Part shown: piece after piece, positions 12,901 through 25,390 of the stretch
How positions within the stretch are numbered: the first letter of the stretch is position 1
How the letters are laid out: every line of letters starts with the position of its first letter
From: Lama glama
Taxonomy: Eukaryota
Length of the DNA: 64,000 nucleotides
Assembly: GCA_028534125.1 (NCBI GenBank)
Contig: CM052816.1
Span: 55,306,001 to 55,370,000, forward strand
Reading direction: 5' to 3'
Translations under genes and position numbers: made by a program
Notes under the pieces: generated by a model
What the model was told of the DNA's origin: nothing
The model's database searches: none
The model's input: only the letters and a program-made list of their open reading frames with translations

Positions 12901-13571
12901 CCTAGAGTGAGTGTCTATAGTTGGAGGATAAACAGTTTTCATAATGGCAAAATAAGAAATTCTAAAAGAAGCACTCATTTATACTATGAAGATTGATGAG
13001 GACATGCTAGTTAAAGTCCAATTTTTAAAAACTCAGTGACAGAAATTATAAACATTAATTCATTACTATTTATAAAGTCTCAGACCCAGTGGAAGGGCAG
13101 GTTTTGGTTAGGTCTCAGATGACATACTCAGTAGAAAAACAAAACAATGCTGAAGGTAAAGCCAGAGGCAGACAGAGCCTTCCATGGAGCCAAGGAAAGA
13201 AGGGCAATGAGAGCTACACAGGTCTGATGTCAAGTTCATTTTATCAGGATGACATTTTAGGGGGTATATTTATAATCAAGTGAAATATAATTCTCCGCCT
13301 CTCAATAATGAAGGAGAAATTACTGCAGAAAGCTTGGTGAATTATGACAATAAACACAGCTGCTTTGAAGGAGCTAACGCAGGTGTGCATTTTAGTCATG
13401 CTAATGACACCCATGGCCTTTTGCTTACTGAACTGGGCAGGGAGATTCCCTCTGCCCGTGGAGTGGAGCAGACAGCAAGCCATGCCCTAAAGCTTTTCTA
13501 CAACAGTGGCCATTGTAACTGTGCAGCGTTTCATGTAGTTATTCAATAACAAGCGAACTGGATTCAGCCTG

Positions 13572-13770
13572 CAATTTATTGAGTACCTTCCACAGCCCAT
13601 GCTGAATAAGGTGCTCTACATTACATCATCACAAGACCCCTGGACGGCTGGCATTATTTACCATTTACTCCATTTTACAGATGAAAACCTCAGGTTAAGA
13701 AAGGATAAATAATTTATACAAGGTCAAGGAGACAGTAAGATACTCAAATATATCTGAATCTCAAGTGGAA
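13572..13770 (-). mobile_element. MIR SINE
   Basis: atttattgagtac...ccattttacagatgaaaacctcagg...aaggtca MIR core. Confidence 0.7.
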
Positions 13771-13784
13771 ATGTTAGTTTTGCT

Positions 13785-14490
13785 TGTCCAGCAATCTTCC
13801 CCATTCTTGTAATTTGGCTGGTTTGACTCTGCCACTCCCGGGATTGATGCGGGACCCAGGCAATGATCAGGCCGTTGTGTCCTCCTGGGCATGGTGGCCA
13901 GAAGTGTCACATGACATGACCACAGCCTATCATAGAGAATTGCATGGCTTTTTTTCTAGAGAAAATAAAAGAGAAGGGTTTTTCTGTCTTTCCTGCTACG
14001 CTGGGATTTTAAAGGCATACACATATAATGGCTGGCAACCTCTTTCTACCAACAGGAGAGAGTCTGCTAAGAATGGGACCAACACAGTGGAAAGCAGAGA
14101 AGAGAGATGGAGAGAGACTGGTCTGATGATGTCTTTTAAGTGTCTAGATCCAGATATCCCTGAACAGAGAGAACCCATGGGCTTCATTTCTTCTGTTCTA
14201 TGTGCAATATGGGTCAGGATTCTGCTCTGTAGAGTTATTCAGGGATGGAGGCACCCCCAGTTTGTAGCTGAACTACCTCAAAAACTTAGCTTCCTCATCC
14301 ACTGTGGCAGAGCAGGCAAGGATGAAGGACTCTCACCCACTGTTAAGTATTCAGGCTAGAAGAAACATACATCATTTCTGCTCCCAGCCTCAGGCAAAAT
14401 TAGTCACCTTGCCCCAACTTTAACTGAAAGAGAGGCTGAAAAATGACAGTGGATCACATGGAATGCTTGGAGAGCAGTGTCTATGTCTTC
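13785..14490. mobile_element. LTR16-like (ERVL) LTR followed by an MLT1 fragment
   Basis: ggaaagcagagaagagagatggagagagactgg...tagatccag is LTR16-like; cagggatggaggca...ttagtcaccttgccccaac is MLT1-like. Confidence 0.55.
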
Positions 14491-15217
14491 TAGGGTGTCC
14501 AAAAGCAAAGAAGAATGGAGTGGAAGTCACTGTGCTTTGACCAGGGTGTAACTATATTAAGTTTATTGGTAAATCTCTCATTTATTCATTACTTCATTTG
14601 GGCTTTTTTTCTTTGGGGGGAAGATTTTATTTTTTTGAAGTGATTATAATTTATTAAATTACAATGTAGTTTTCAAATATAGTAGTTGCAAATTCTAATG
14701 ACTTTCTTCTACCAAGTACAATTGTAATAGTTTTTTAAAAAAATTTTTTGCAGTAATCCAATCATAAAGGATAGTCAAATGTGTTTACACATTTAGGCTT
14801 TTTAAAACACGAATTTCTACACCAATCGGAGGGTCTGCCGTAAATGTAAAAATTAAGGTAATCAATGACTGTGGGGTCTATGTCATTACATCTGGTAACT
14901 TGCATTGGGGTGAATATGTCTTTTGTCAGGTAATTAGGCAGCTAACGCCATCTAAGCTGATAAGGGGCAAGTATGTGTGTGGAGGGGGTTGGTGGGTAGT
15001 GTTCAATGGATATCCATCCTCCGTCTTAGCAGAAGATGGGTGTGCCTGCTTGATCTGCCTCATCTTACTGGATAGGAGATGGACTATTCAGACATGAAGA
15101 GTGATTCACGAAACCCTATGATGTATTTTCACAAAGCTATGGAGACAGCAGAAATTTTTGTCTTTGTTAAGTAGTCTGAATTCTTCAGACTGGTCTGAAT
15201 TTTGCCAATAATTCTTT

Positions 15218-15342
15218 TGTGTGTGGGGTGGGGGAGGTAATTAGGTTTATTTATTTACTTTTGGAGGAGGCACTGGGGATTGAACCTAGGACCTCGTGCA
15301 TGCTAAGCATGCACTCTACCACTGAGCTATACCCTACCCCCC
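15218..15342 (-). mobile_element. tRNA-Ala-derived SINE (camelid Vic-1-like) with TSD
   Basis: Reverse complement: gggtatagctcagtggtagagtgcatgcttagcatgcacgaggtcctaggttcaatccccagtgcctcc...aaataaataaacctaattacctcccc. TSD tgccaataattcttt (15203-15217) / tgccaatggttcttt (15343-15357). Confidence 0.9.
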
Positions 15343-16034
15343 TGCCAATGGTTCTTTAAAAAGATGGTACCACCCCTTATGGAGTGTTTTGAAATTTTGT
15401 GGTGGTATGTTTTGTGAAGTTTTTTGTTTTTGTTTTTGTTTTTTGTCTTTTGAAATAATTGAGAGGTCTTATTGGCATTAATAGGTAGGAGTTCTATATC
15501 TTGGGACATTCACAAGTTCCTATAAGCATTTATGTTTATCACCACCTGAGCCTAGATAACCAAAATATGCTTTACATATAAACAGAAAAAACACAGGGGG
15601 TGTGAACTGTCATTTTTATTATATTTTCCAAGAATGCAACTATTGTGTAAATGGAAGGGAGGTTGCACTCTGTTTTGCTGAGTCTTATCAAAAATTGCTT
15701 TCTATTTCAGAGATTCATGTTACCCCTGGCAACACTGCTAATGATATTTACATTCATAATGGTTCTCTACATACATGCAAACACCTGACATTACCACCTT
15801 TTTTAATGCAGTCACACTTGCTTATTTAGATATTTGAATACATACCATTATAAAATACTTCCCTTTTCTCTCTTTTTACTATACTTAGAATATTGGTTAT
15901 TTTTCAAAATTATAGGGTAGTCAATAGTAGTATCTAGCAGTTTAATTTTATAATAATAAAAAAACATGTGAAATATTTACTATGAAGGGATTGGATCTGG
16001 AAAGGTTGAAAAGCAATGTGTTAGGACATACGGC

Positions 16035-16270
16035 ATGATGTTTAAAAGCATGGGGTTCAGAGTTAAATAGATCTGAGCTTGAGCCAAGTTCTATATAACC
16101 TCAGGCAAACAGTTTAACTTCTCTAAACCTTGGTTGTCTCACCTCTGGAATGGGAGCACTATCTGTTACATTGCTTATTTTGACAGCTAAATGAGATAGA
16201 TGGTTAGCTTGGTGCCTAGCCCTTAGCAAGCAATAGACAGGTTACGGCTATTATTTCTAAGTTATTATTA
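16035..16270 (+). mobile_element. MIR SINE
   Basis: aaaagcatggggttcagag...acctcaggcaaacagtttaacttctct...taaatgagata. Confidence 0.7.
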
Positions 16271-17479
16271 CTGATACTAATAATACTTAAAACTCAACAC
16301 AAAACATAGAAACTGCTAGAAGCCTCAGAATCCTAGAGATCTTACCTGGTAATGTCAAAATGGCCACCTTCCTTTTTCTCTATTTTCTTTGAGGTGGAAG
16401 GCGATGTATTTCCACAAATTCTAGCTCAGCCCTGTCAAGGCAGCTGTGGGGAGTACAATTTTTGTTGTATCTAAATAGAACGCCTGGACTTCTTTGTCAG
16501 TATCTTTTTGCTTTTTTTTTTTTCCTCTTAAGAAACAGTTACTTTACCTAAGCAAAGCTATCAACTAGCAATGCACCATCCACCCACACAGGCTGCCATC
16601 TTGGTGAGTGTGAAAGTAAAGCTCATTTGTTACCTGCCTTCAAGAACTGATTTCTTTGAAAATAGGCAGTTCTGCTCTTTAGGCTGGAAATGTGTTTCTA
16701 CTTTGCTTTAAGGTGAGACATAATACAAGGTATGAATGATAGCATCTGTAAAATATGCTTCATGAGATCAGCTATCTAGACTAAGTTGAGTAATTCTCTT
16801 TAGAACCCCCCTCTTCTTCCTAAATTTAGTATTATAGTATGGCTACTAATTGCACAAAAGGAGACATTTCCAATGCCTATCCAAGACTTTGCAGACTTGA
16901 GACATACTACCTGGACTCTTTTTCCCTAAGAAACTGTATGATGCCAAAGAAAATACACTGATACTGAAGTTTCTATGTTTTTACCCCATTTCAGTGTTAA
17001 GAGTCCAAAATAGCTTTAATATTATAAAAATAACTAAAACTGATCTTTTAAGTTGATTTGATTTCTTATTTTTTTCAAAAGTTGACTAACCATTAAAGGG
17101 TTAAAAAATCAAAGAGGGAGGAGGAGGATTCCTTAAAGGATTTCAGAGCTCATTTTTCTTTCTACCTAAAAGCTGTTCTTCTATAAACTCTCTTAAGACT
17201 TAAGGTTGAAATTTTCTAAGATTCATCCTGTTGAACACTCACATTAACCAGTTCTAAGAAAATTGTTGCACTTTACAAGCAATATCATAATTCAGCCATC
17301 TTTTCCCTGAATAATTAGCAGTGAGTGATCACCCACTCTGAGAAACAGGGGTGAAAGTGTGATTGATCCCACAGCTGGGCTCTGCACCCTGAAAAGAGCT
17401 TGGAGAGAGAGAGGGCCTGGGGCTGGCTCACCCTACATACTGGGCTGCAACTAAATCCCTTCTGAAGAAACAACATTCT

Positions 17480-18047
17480 CATTCAGGAACTATGTATCGA
17501 ACTCCCACTACATAACAGGTGCTGTTCTAGGTACTGAAGCTACAGCAGTGAAAACCAAACCAAATTAAAATCCCTGCCTTAGTAGAGTTTGTAGTCTAGT
17601 GGGAGAAGACAGACAATAAGCCAAATATATGCATTTGATATTGTTTTGGAAGGCAATAAAACCTAATAGAAAACGCAGGGAAGGGTACTGGGAATACAGT
17701 TTTAGTAGGATGGACAGAGTGGGCATCACTGGGTGGGTGACACCTGAGTAAAGACTTGAAGGGGCTGAAGTAGTGCGCCATGGAGAGCATTCCAGACAGA
17801 GGGCTGCTTCCATGGAAAGGCCTGTTTGGAGAACAACACAGAGTCCAGTGTGGCTCAAGGGGTGACTGAGGGGCTTGTAAGGGCGAAGCCAGGCAGGTCA
17901 TGGGATCCCGATCCTCTGGGGCCTGCAGACAATCCAAAGGATGTTGGCTTCCACTCTGAGATGGGAGTCACTGCAGAATTTTGATTAGAGGAGTGACATG
18001 ATCTGAATGAACCTTTAAAAAGATCATTCTGGATAGAGAATGGCCTC
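17480..18047 (-). mobile_element. L2 LINE fragment, left part
   Basis: caggtgctgttctaggtactg...tctagtgggagaagacagac...agaggagtgacatgatctga...aagatcattctgg. Confidence 0.75.
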
Positions 18048-19046
18048 TGTAGGGGAGGAAAAAAAAGTTTTCCTGGACCTCTTTTGATTCAGTGGCTGAA
18101 GCCCAGTGAATTATACTGAAAAAAGACAGGTTAGCAGGAGAAAAGCATACAAATTTTATTTGATATTAATTTTTATGTGACATAGGGGCGGGCTGGGGGA
18201 TTGCTTCCAAGAAAAGAAGACTTAAAGAAGTAGATGGTCCTGAGCGCTTACACACCATGTTTAACAAAGAGTAATAAACTGTGGAGACATGACAAGACAA
18301 AGAAAAAGAGTTTTTAGGCTTCCAGGGCCTGCAAGCTGTGGGAAGGTAACAGTGGTATCCCCCACTTTTTCAAAGTTTGCTTGATGCCGCTGTGTTTTTA
18401 TGAAAGGCTTGCATTAGTACCTGTTTTTACTGACTGAAAGATTTAAGATTTCACCTTTATCAACAAAGGCAAAAAGCGAAAACAGCACTCAGCATTTGTT
18501 TTACAAGCGCTGTTAAAAAGGCAGCAGGAACCCCGAGCAGTGAGAGTGGCACTGCCAGCTCCTTCCCCAGGACCTGCATCAGCATCTCAGCATCAGCCTC
18601 CATAGCTTTGACTGTGTCTGCGAGCATCCGTGCTTTATCTCAGCTTCTTTTGTGCATCCATTAGGAAGATGTGTCCTAAGGTCACTGCTTCTTTGCTTTA
18701 TGTCATTTTGGTTAAGGAAAGGCTTCATAGGGAAGCTCTACTTTCAAACAATGAGGGAATTCCGTATATGGTAGAAACGAATGGAGGATGAGGGCTATTG
18801 TAGCAAGGTTTGTTTGTGCAGGTCCACCTAGGCACCAACTTCCCATCCTCTCCATGGCCATAAAACTTCCCTGGAAGAGGGGATTTAGGACAGTCTTCTT
18901 TTCTCAGGAGTTTCTGCTTTTAGTCACGTAAGGAAAGCTCCTGGAAGGTGTCTTTCTGCATCTGTTGAATTTCACATGCCTTCAGCTTAAAATAACTCTG
19001 CTGCCACAGTGGCGTATTTTGGGGTAGTGTATTCTGATCCCTCTCA
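18048..19046 (-). mobile_element. MER34-like ERV1 solo LTR, interrupted by a Tigger element
   Basis: TG...CA termini. The end gtggcgtattttggggtagtgtattctgatccctctca is the reverse complement of a MER34-family start. Confidence 0.7.
18350..18764. mobile_element. Non-autonomous TcMar-Tigger-like DNA transposon
   Basis: Begins cagtggtatcccccactttttcaaagt and ends actttcaaacaatgagggaattccg (imperfect terminal inverted repeats), followed by TA. Removing it restores LTR gtgggaaggtaa-tatatgg. Confidence 0.65.
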
Positions 19047-19260
19047 GCCTGCGCGGGGACAGAGACGGGAGCAAGGAGCCTCGTAGGAGGCTCCTGCAGT
19101 AACTCAGGTGGCTCCTGCAATAACTTGGACCAGGGCAAGAACTGTCAGGCAGGTGAGGGATAGGTGGGTACTGGACATGTTTTGACGGCAGAGCCAGCAA
19201 GATTTCCTGTTGTGTGGAGTTGGGGTGTGATAGACAAGAGTCCAGGACGACTCCAGAGCT
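19047..19260 (-). mobile_element. L2 LINE fragment, continuation
   Basis: ggaggctcctgcagtaactcaggtg...cttggaccagggc...gcagagccagcaagatttcctg continues the L2 broken at 18047. Confidence 0.7.
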
Positions 19261-20559
19261 TTACACACAGGCTTCTGAATCATCAGGCTAGTTGGGAGAA
19301 TGAATGGTCTCCAACTCAGTTATGTGAATTATTCCTCGAATCCATTTGGCTCTGTAGATAGAAGTTAAAATTTTCATCCTCAGAGCCTTCTATCTCCCCT
19401 TGAATAGTCTCTGAGCCACCAGGCCAGGTCAGCACAGAGTCATGTTCCACACCAGTGATCTAGGATGCAGCCCTATATCGGGTTTGAATTCCACAGGTTC
19501 CCCTGCTGAGACAGACAAGGGTTCACCCTCAGAAGTCTCTGGTGTCTTTATGACTTCACCTTAAGGGGACGTTTGAGTTCCGACTTCAGTTTTGGTTAAA
19601 AAAAAGGAGGGGAGGGGTAAATGAAGCCATTCAGTTATTCTGTAAAGAATGTAAGCAAGAGAGGACATTTCCCCTTCATCACTGGTCTGGGAAACACTCA
19701 CCCAAGTCCTGACTGCCAGAACCTAAAAAACCCTAGAAGCTTGCCTGCACCCTCAAATGGAAAGAATAGCCTTTTTGAAGCCTATGTTAGGTTTCTTTTT
19801 CATTTTGTTTTGTTTTGTGAGCTTGCATTTCTGTAATTATGGGTGATGTTTTATTTATTTTAATATGCATATTAGCCACCTGCATTACTTTTTTTGCAGG
19901 TCTATGTTCATTTTTCTAGGTGATCAGTTTCCTTTACTGCATTGTAAAACGTTGTAAAAGGTCTTTCAGTGTATTGTATGTGTCATATATATTGTATAAC
20001 AATTATATATATTAATGTTGCACCATGTATTTACTCATATTTTTCCAATTTCTAATTGTTTTCATTAGGTTTCTTTACTGGCCTTGACCAAGGCAGCTTC
20101 CCTGTTCCCATGTTCCCAGGAACAGCAGTCAAGTCATAAGAGAATTTCTTTATCAACTATAGGTGAGGAAAGCAAAAATATTTAACACTTAAAAGTATTA
20201 AGGAAAGTAAAAATACTCATACTTAATACTTATACTCTGAACTACTACAGCTAATTTCCATAAGTTGTATGAGATGGGAGACCACTTGTTAATTTGGAGA
20301 CAAAATTGTAAAAGGTCTTTTAAGTGTTCTATTAATGAAAACTCTGTGGGGAATGAGACTGTCCTGGTCACTCTCAGATCGCTAGCATCTTGCAGAGTGT
20401 CCTAAACAGAGTAGATGTTCAATAAATAGTTGCTAAATAAATGAATGCATGGGAAGGTGTTCCCAGTTTCCTCTTAATTTTGCCAATTTACCGTAATAAA
20501 GTACTATAATAAGGTAGAAAGAACTCTGCTAAGGGTTACCACGATATAAACACAAAAGG

Positions 20560-20772
20560 AAGGGAGCTAACGCTTACTGAATACCTACTGGATGCCGGAG
20601 ACCAAACTAAGAACTTTCCACCTATGTTATTTAATTCTTCTGACAGGTACACTGTTAGTTACATGTTATCACTGCCTTTTTACAAATGAAGAAACTGACT
20701 TAGAAAATTTCATTAATTTGTGCAAGCCCATTCTGTCTGCTTTCATATTCTGTGCACATTTCACTACACCCT
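20560..20772 (-). mobile_element. MIR SINE
   Basis: gctaacgcttactgaatacctact...ttttacaaatgaagaaactgacttaga. Confidence 0.7.
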
Positions 20773-20879
20773 GACCTCAGGGAACTTACAGACTAGGAGA
20801 TTTGCATGTCTACATAGAAATAATGAAGAGAGAGAGAGAGCGTGAGAAGAGCCTTGAGAAGTTCAAGTATACATCACAG

Positions 20880-21081
20880 GAGATCAGCACTCAGACTCTG
20901 GAGTCAAACAGCTTAAGATCAAGTCCTTCTCTGACTGCGCAGCCTTGGGGAAATTACTTAACCTTGCTGTTCCTTGATATTCTCCTTTGTGGACTGGGAA
21001 TAATAATAGCATGAACCTCTTGGGGTTGTCCTGAGAATTAAGTGAGTATATATATACACACAGTAAGTGACATGCACGTGT
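20880..21081 (+). mobile_element. MIR SINE
   Basis: agactctggagtcaaacagc...ccttggggaaattacttaacc...ggttgtcctgagaattaagtgag. Confidence 0.7.
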
Positions 21082-21103
21082 TGATGATGATGATGATGAT
21101 GAT
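21082..21103 (+). repeat. (GAT)7 microsatellite
   Basis: tgatgatgatgatgatgatgat. Confidence 0.9.
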
Positions 21104-22899
21104 TAAGAAGTTTAGGAGATACTTCAAGGAAGAAATGGTATCGTAAGAAAGAGTAGAATTGGGGTAGGTAAGAATTCAGGGGAAACTGCAAACACACAAA
21201 CTAAAACAATGGAAGGCATGGAAACTGCACAGTATCAGAGCAGCAACAGTGAGAGTTTGGCTGGAGTGTGGACCAGGGACTCTCCATGGGGCGGTGTGCA
21301 CAACATGCTCTGAAGTTCTCCGTCAAACTACAGCCCCAGGGCTGAGGTGCTGACTGGCCCCTCCCCAGGAAACCGCCCGGACTCCCCATACCAGCGAAGA
21401 AGCAATCAGGGGACGGAAGCTGGGATGGCAGAATGAGATCAGAGCATAACCCCAACGCCAGGTTCAAGGATTGAGCCTTATTTTCTGCATACATTTTCTG
21501 CCACTGAAGAGCTGTGACAGTGAATGCTATCATAAAAGATGTTCCCACATATGAAAATGTAGAACAATTCCAAAACAACAGTATCAACTGTCCCCTATTA
21601 TACACTGTATAAAAAACCATATTATGTAATAAAAAATTATTTTCCTCCTCACATAGCATCTCCTGTTGAAAGCAGGGAAAAGGAGAGGGTGCACAAAAAT
21701 AGACCATGGAAACCTCACAAATATGAAGACAAGGGTTTAGTAAAGATCAGAGCTGAGGATACAGTCACAACACATGGATCCATGAGGCTGGCCACTGAGC
21801 ACAGTTTTCAGAAGCTGACACTCTCTCTTCCTATTACAAAAAGGCCAAATATTTGGTTTTCCCTAAACAAAAACATCACTGTCCTTTGAAGAAGTCAAGT
21901 GCTCAATCATTAAGAATCACTAAGAGGCTAGAGATATTGAGGCAATGGCCCCTTCCATGAAGAGCTTGCTTCTTGGTTGAGGGAAACAGTTGAAGTCTAT
22001 GTTTGGAATAAGTGAAGGTCACTTTTTCACAACAGCGTCATCAACATGCACAAATGAGTACTGTACAAAGCTTAAATGCCAGGGAGACAGCACATAAAGC
22101 AGTTAAGATCAACGGGATTAATCTTGGAAGGCCTCCAGGAAGAGGTGCAGTCTTGGCTCATTTAAATCAGAAAGTTCAGATTTGGAAATGGTTTCAGGAT
22201 CAGATGGATCCAGAGACTCAAACAATGTCATCGGGTCTCTGACTTTTCCTCCATTCTCTGCTTTGCTCATCCCTGCATGGTTTTATTCATCAGCTAATGT
22301 TTCGAATATTATCTAGGAAGGGACTCAAATTTGTTCTCCTTCAGCCACATGTCTATTCCTGGACGAATCAGTTTGCCTGTGGGATGGGATGCACAATCAG
22401 TCAAGGCTGGATTAGGAGTCCCCCTAGAAGCCCTCGGAATCATTACAGAGGTTCTCCAAAAGACAGCATACTGTCGGACAAAATCCACACATGCCTAACA
22501 CAAATATTCTACAAATCTAGAAAACCATGAAGGGTATATAGAGCAGAAACATACAGTTATTCATGAAATCATAGGATGCAAGAAATGAGAATAAGGCATA
22601 TTTAAGCAATTTTGTTTCGAGACAAAGAAATACAAGTATTACCAATAATAATTTAAGGCTTTGATTCAAACATTTATATGTTTAGCAGCATAACTTTTTT
22701 CCTCCTAAAAGATATCTTCTTATATGAAGTCTTAAAATATAAAACAGTAAAAGTGGAACAACTCCAAAAGTGAGGTTGGACATGGCCCCTACCTTGCCTT
22801 CTACTCTGAATGTGTATCAGCCACAGGTCACTTTAGAGAAACCTGGGGTGATTTAAAAACCTACTGGCTTATGGGAAACTTAAAGAAATTGTTCATATA

Positions 22900-23115
22900 A
22901 AGGCCAGTACAAACTGAAAGCTTAAATGGCTTCCAGAAGGATTTAGAAATTGTAATGAGCAAACCTGTAGGTGTACCATGGATTATAAGGACAGTGAAGG
23001 AAATTGCTGGTATGTCGCCAACATTGTGATATTTGGGTCATGCTCCTCAGGCCCTCTGACAAGGTGTCCCTGATGTCACTATGAGCACAATGCTGGCTTC
23101 ATGCTCCTGTGGTTT
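22900..23115 (+). mobile_element. Possible CR1/L3 3' end relic
   Basis: taaatggcttccagaaggatttaga...gattataagg...tgtccctgatgtcactatgagcacaatgctggc weakly resembles a mammalian CR1 3' end. Confidence 0.35.
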
Positions 23116-23679
23116 CTCTTACCCTAAAAAGAGTCCTTACACTGTCAAGTTCCACTTCCAAACTTAACTAGCTGGGTGACTTGAGCAATGTGCTTCATTG
23201 TCTGAGTTTGTTCCCTAATGTGTGAAATGGGATTCTAAGCTGTTATCCTGGATGATCCCTGTCCTGTCCTGTTCCCTTACCTTTCCAAATCCCTTGCCTT
23301 CCATCCTGTCAACCGCAATCACCACAGGTCACAGTTCAGTCCTGTTCATCTGGTCTACTGCCAACGGCCCTGTGAATGCTCGCTGTTGCCACTATTACTT
23401 CCTAAATGCCTCTCCTTCTCTCCTTTACACCCACACTGTTCAGCTTCCAAGGAACCAGCCTATAGGACACCACACCAGAGGGCTGATCACACAAGGAGCA
23501 CACAGTAGGCCAGTAACTACATTTTCTTAGTCACTAGTGTTATCAAGAAATCTAGAGAGACCGTTAACTGTCAGATACGAGCCTTTTTTGATTAGCACAA
23601 ACCTCAGGGTACGGGTCTCAGTATGACTAAGAGCAAAACAAATACTAACACAAATATGGATTCTGATATTGAAACAAGG

Positions 23680-23880
23680 ATTCTGCAATGTACACCGTGT
23701 GCAAAGGACTAATCTGCATGCTTTATGCAACTCATCTCACTTAATTCTTACAATAATCCTAGGAGGTTGCCCTGTTGTTCTTCCCACTTTAAAATTAGGA
23801 GACTGACACTTAGAGAGCTTCACTGCTTCCCAGCATGTTCACCTGCTACGTGTTAGCAGCCCGGGCAGTCAGTGGCCAAG
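23680..23880 (-). mobile_element. MIR SINE
   Basis: atctcacttaattcttacaataatcct...ttaggagactgacacttagaga. Confidence 0.65.
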
Positions 23881-25199
23881 GCAAGAAATGAGTTTCACTT
23901 ACAGCAACCGTGCGGTTTGAAGGAAAGAAGAATTTTTGGGTAGAGAGGGTGGTTTAGCAATGATCTGGCTACCATTCCAGGGGTTCTTAAACACAAACAT
24001 CATTATCCTTAGAGGTTTTGCTGGCTGCCTGGTTGACGGAACTACCAGATTGCATGATCCTTTGATTTGGCCCTAGGAAGAGTTGAGATAGAACATGGGA
24101 TAGGGATTCAGTCTTTGACTTTGAGCCATTAACTCTTGCTTCCCCTTCCTGTCTCTTCAGCCAACCTGAAACCGCCTGCAGCTCTTCATGAAGTCCACTG
24201 AAGCCACCTCTTAACCCCAGATTCACCCTCTGCTTCAGACCCTCTTGTCTCATGTGGTTCCTCAACTGAGCCTGTGCACTTAATTCTCCCTTCCATCCTC
24301 TTCTGATGGGCACCTCAGACGGTCTGTCCTACTTTTGCTTCGGTTTTTCCCCACGGCACCCCGGAGTTCTCACAGCTCCACCCCCACAGTTTCGGGAAAT
24401 GGGACATCTTGGCTCAGATGCCCAGACCTCATACCCCAACTGGCCTCTGCTCTTCTCCTAGGGCAGTCAGACAGGCTGGGCTTGCTCACCACTTGGTACT
24501 ACTTTTGAGGCTTGCAAGGCTGCAAGATTCATTACTTAATACTGACTTTTGCCGTTTTTCTACCCCTTCTCCACCCCAAGCCCTAAGGTGTTCTGGGCGA
24601 CGCTGCTTAAAGAAATGGCATTACTGTTCCAGAATCCTACAGGCAACAAACTAACGGAAGCAGAGGCTTCTGAGGTCCCCGAAACAGTAAGTGGCAGCAG
24701 GAGAAACAGGCTAGCAGTCACAGCTGCCTGTCTATGAATTTCTGTTTCTGAAAATTCAATTATTATAATATCAGTACATGAACGATCTCACTCATCTCAA
24801 CCTCCCACATCATCTCAGTGTCAGCTCTTGAGATACGCTGCATATTGAAAAAATAATAATCAGATATGAAATTTTTACTGAAATGTAGGCCACACTCTCA
24901 CCTCCTCTTGATGTTCCCTCTGGTTACTTTACCAATTAAAAAAACACAGAATGGGTAGGTGGTGTGAAAGTAACAGGTCTCTTAATCATTTTTATCCACA
25001 CTTCTTGAAAAATTTCCTAATTACTGTCCTCCCAACTTGGGTAACAACAAGTTCCATGCAATTTACTTTTAGCTTTTCTGATGCTTAGCTATTAATGTGT
25101 GGCCAGAGGCAGATTATCATTCACCAAGAGGCCTCACCCTCCCCTGTTATTTGTGCCCCTAGATATGTTTCCAGTGATTGTTAAAAATATATACAGTAT

Positions 25200-25390
25200 T
25201 AGAGATTTATTGAGATAGAACTGACATACCATACAGTTCACCCATTAAAGGGTACAACTGAATGGTTTTGAATATATACACAGACTGGTATAGCCATCAC
25301 CACAATCAGTTGTGGAATATTTTCATCAACCTCCCCGCCCAAAACCCAATACCCACTAGCTGTCACTCCATCCTCTTCTTCCCCCCAGTG
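25200..25390 (-). mobile_element. L1MA/MB 3' end fragment
   Basis: tttattgagatagaactgacataccatacagttcacccattaaagggtacaac... Confidence 0.75.

Noticed and set aside
13784..14359. 191-aa ORF
   Set aside because: Runs across LTR16-like and MLT1 sequence, has a non-ATG start and no recognisable homology.
15173..15199. Alternating inverted repeats AGTCTGAA/TTCAGACT next to the SINE
   Set aside because: Stems of only 7-8 bp and no supporting context.
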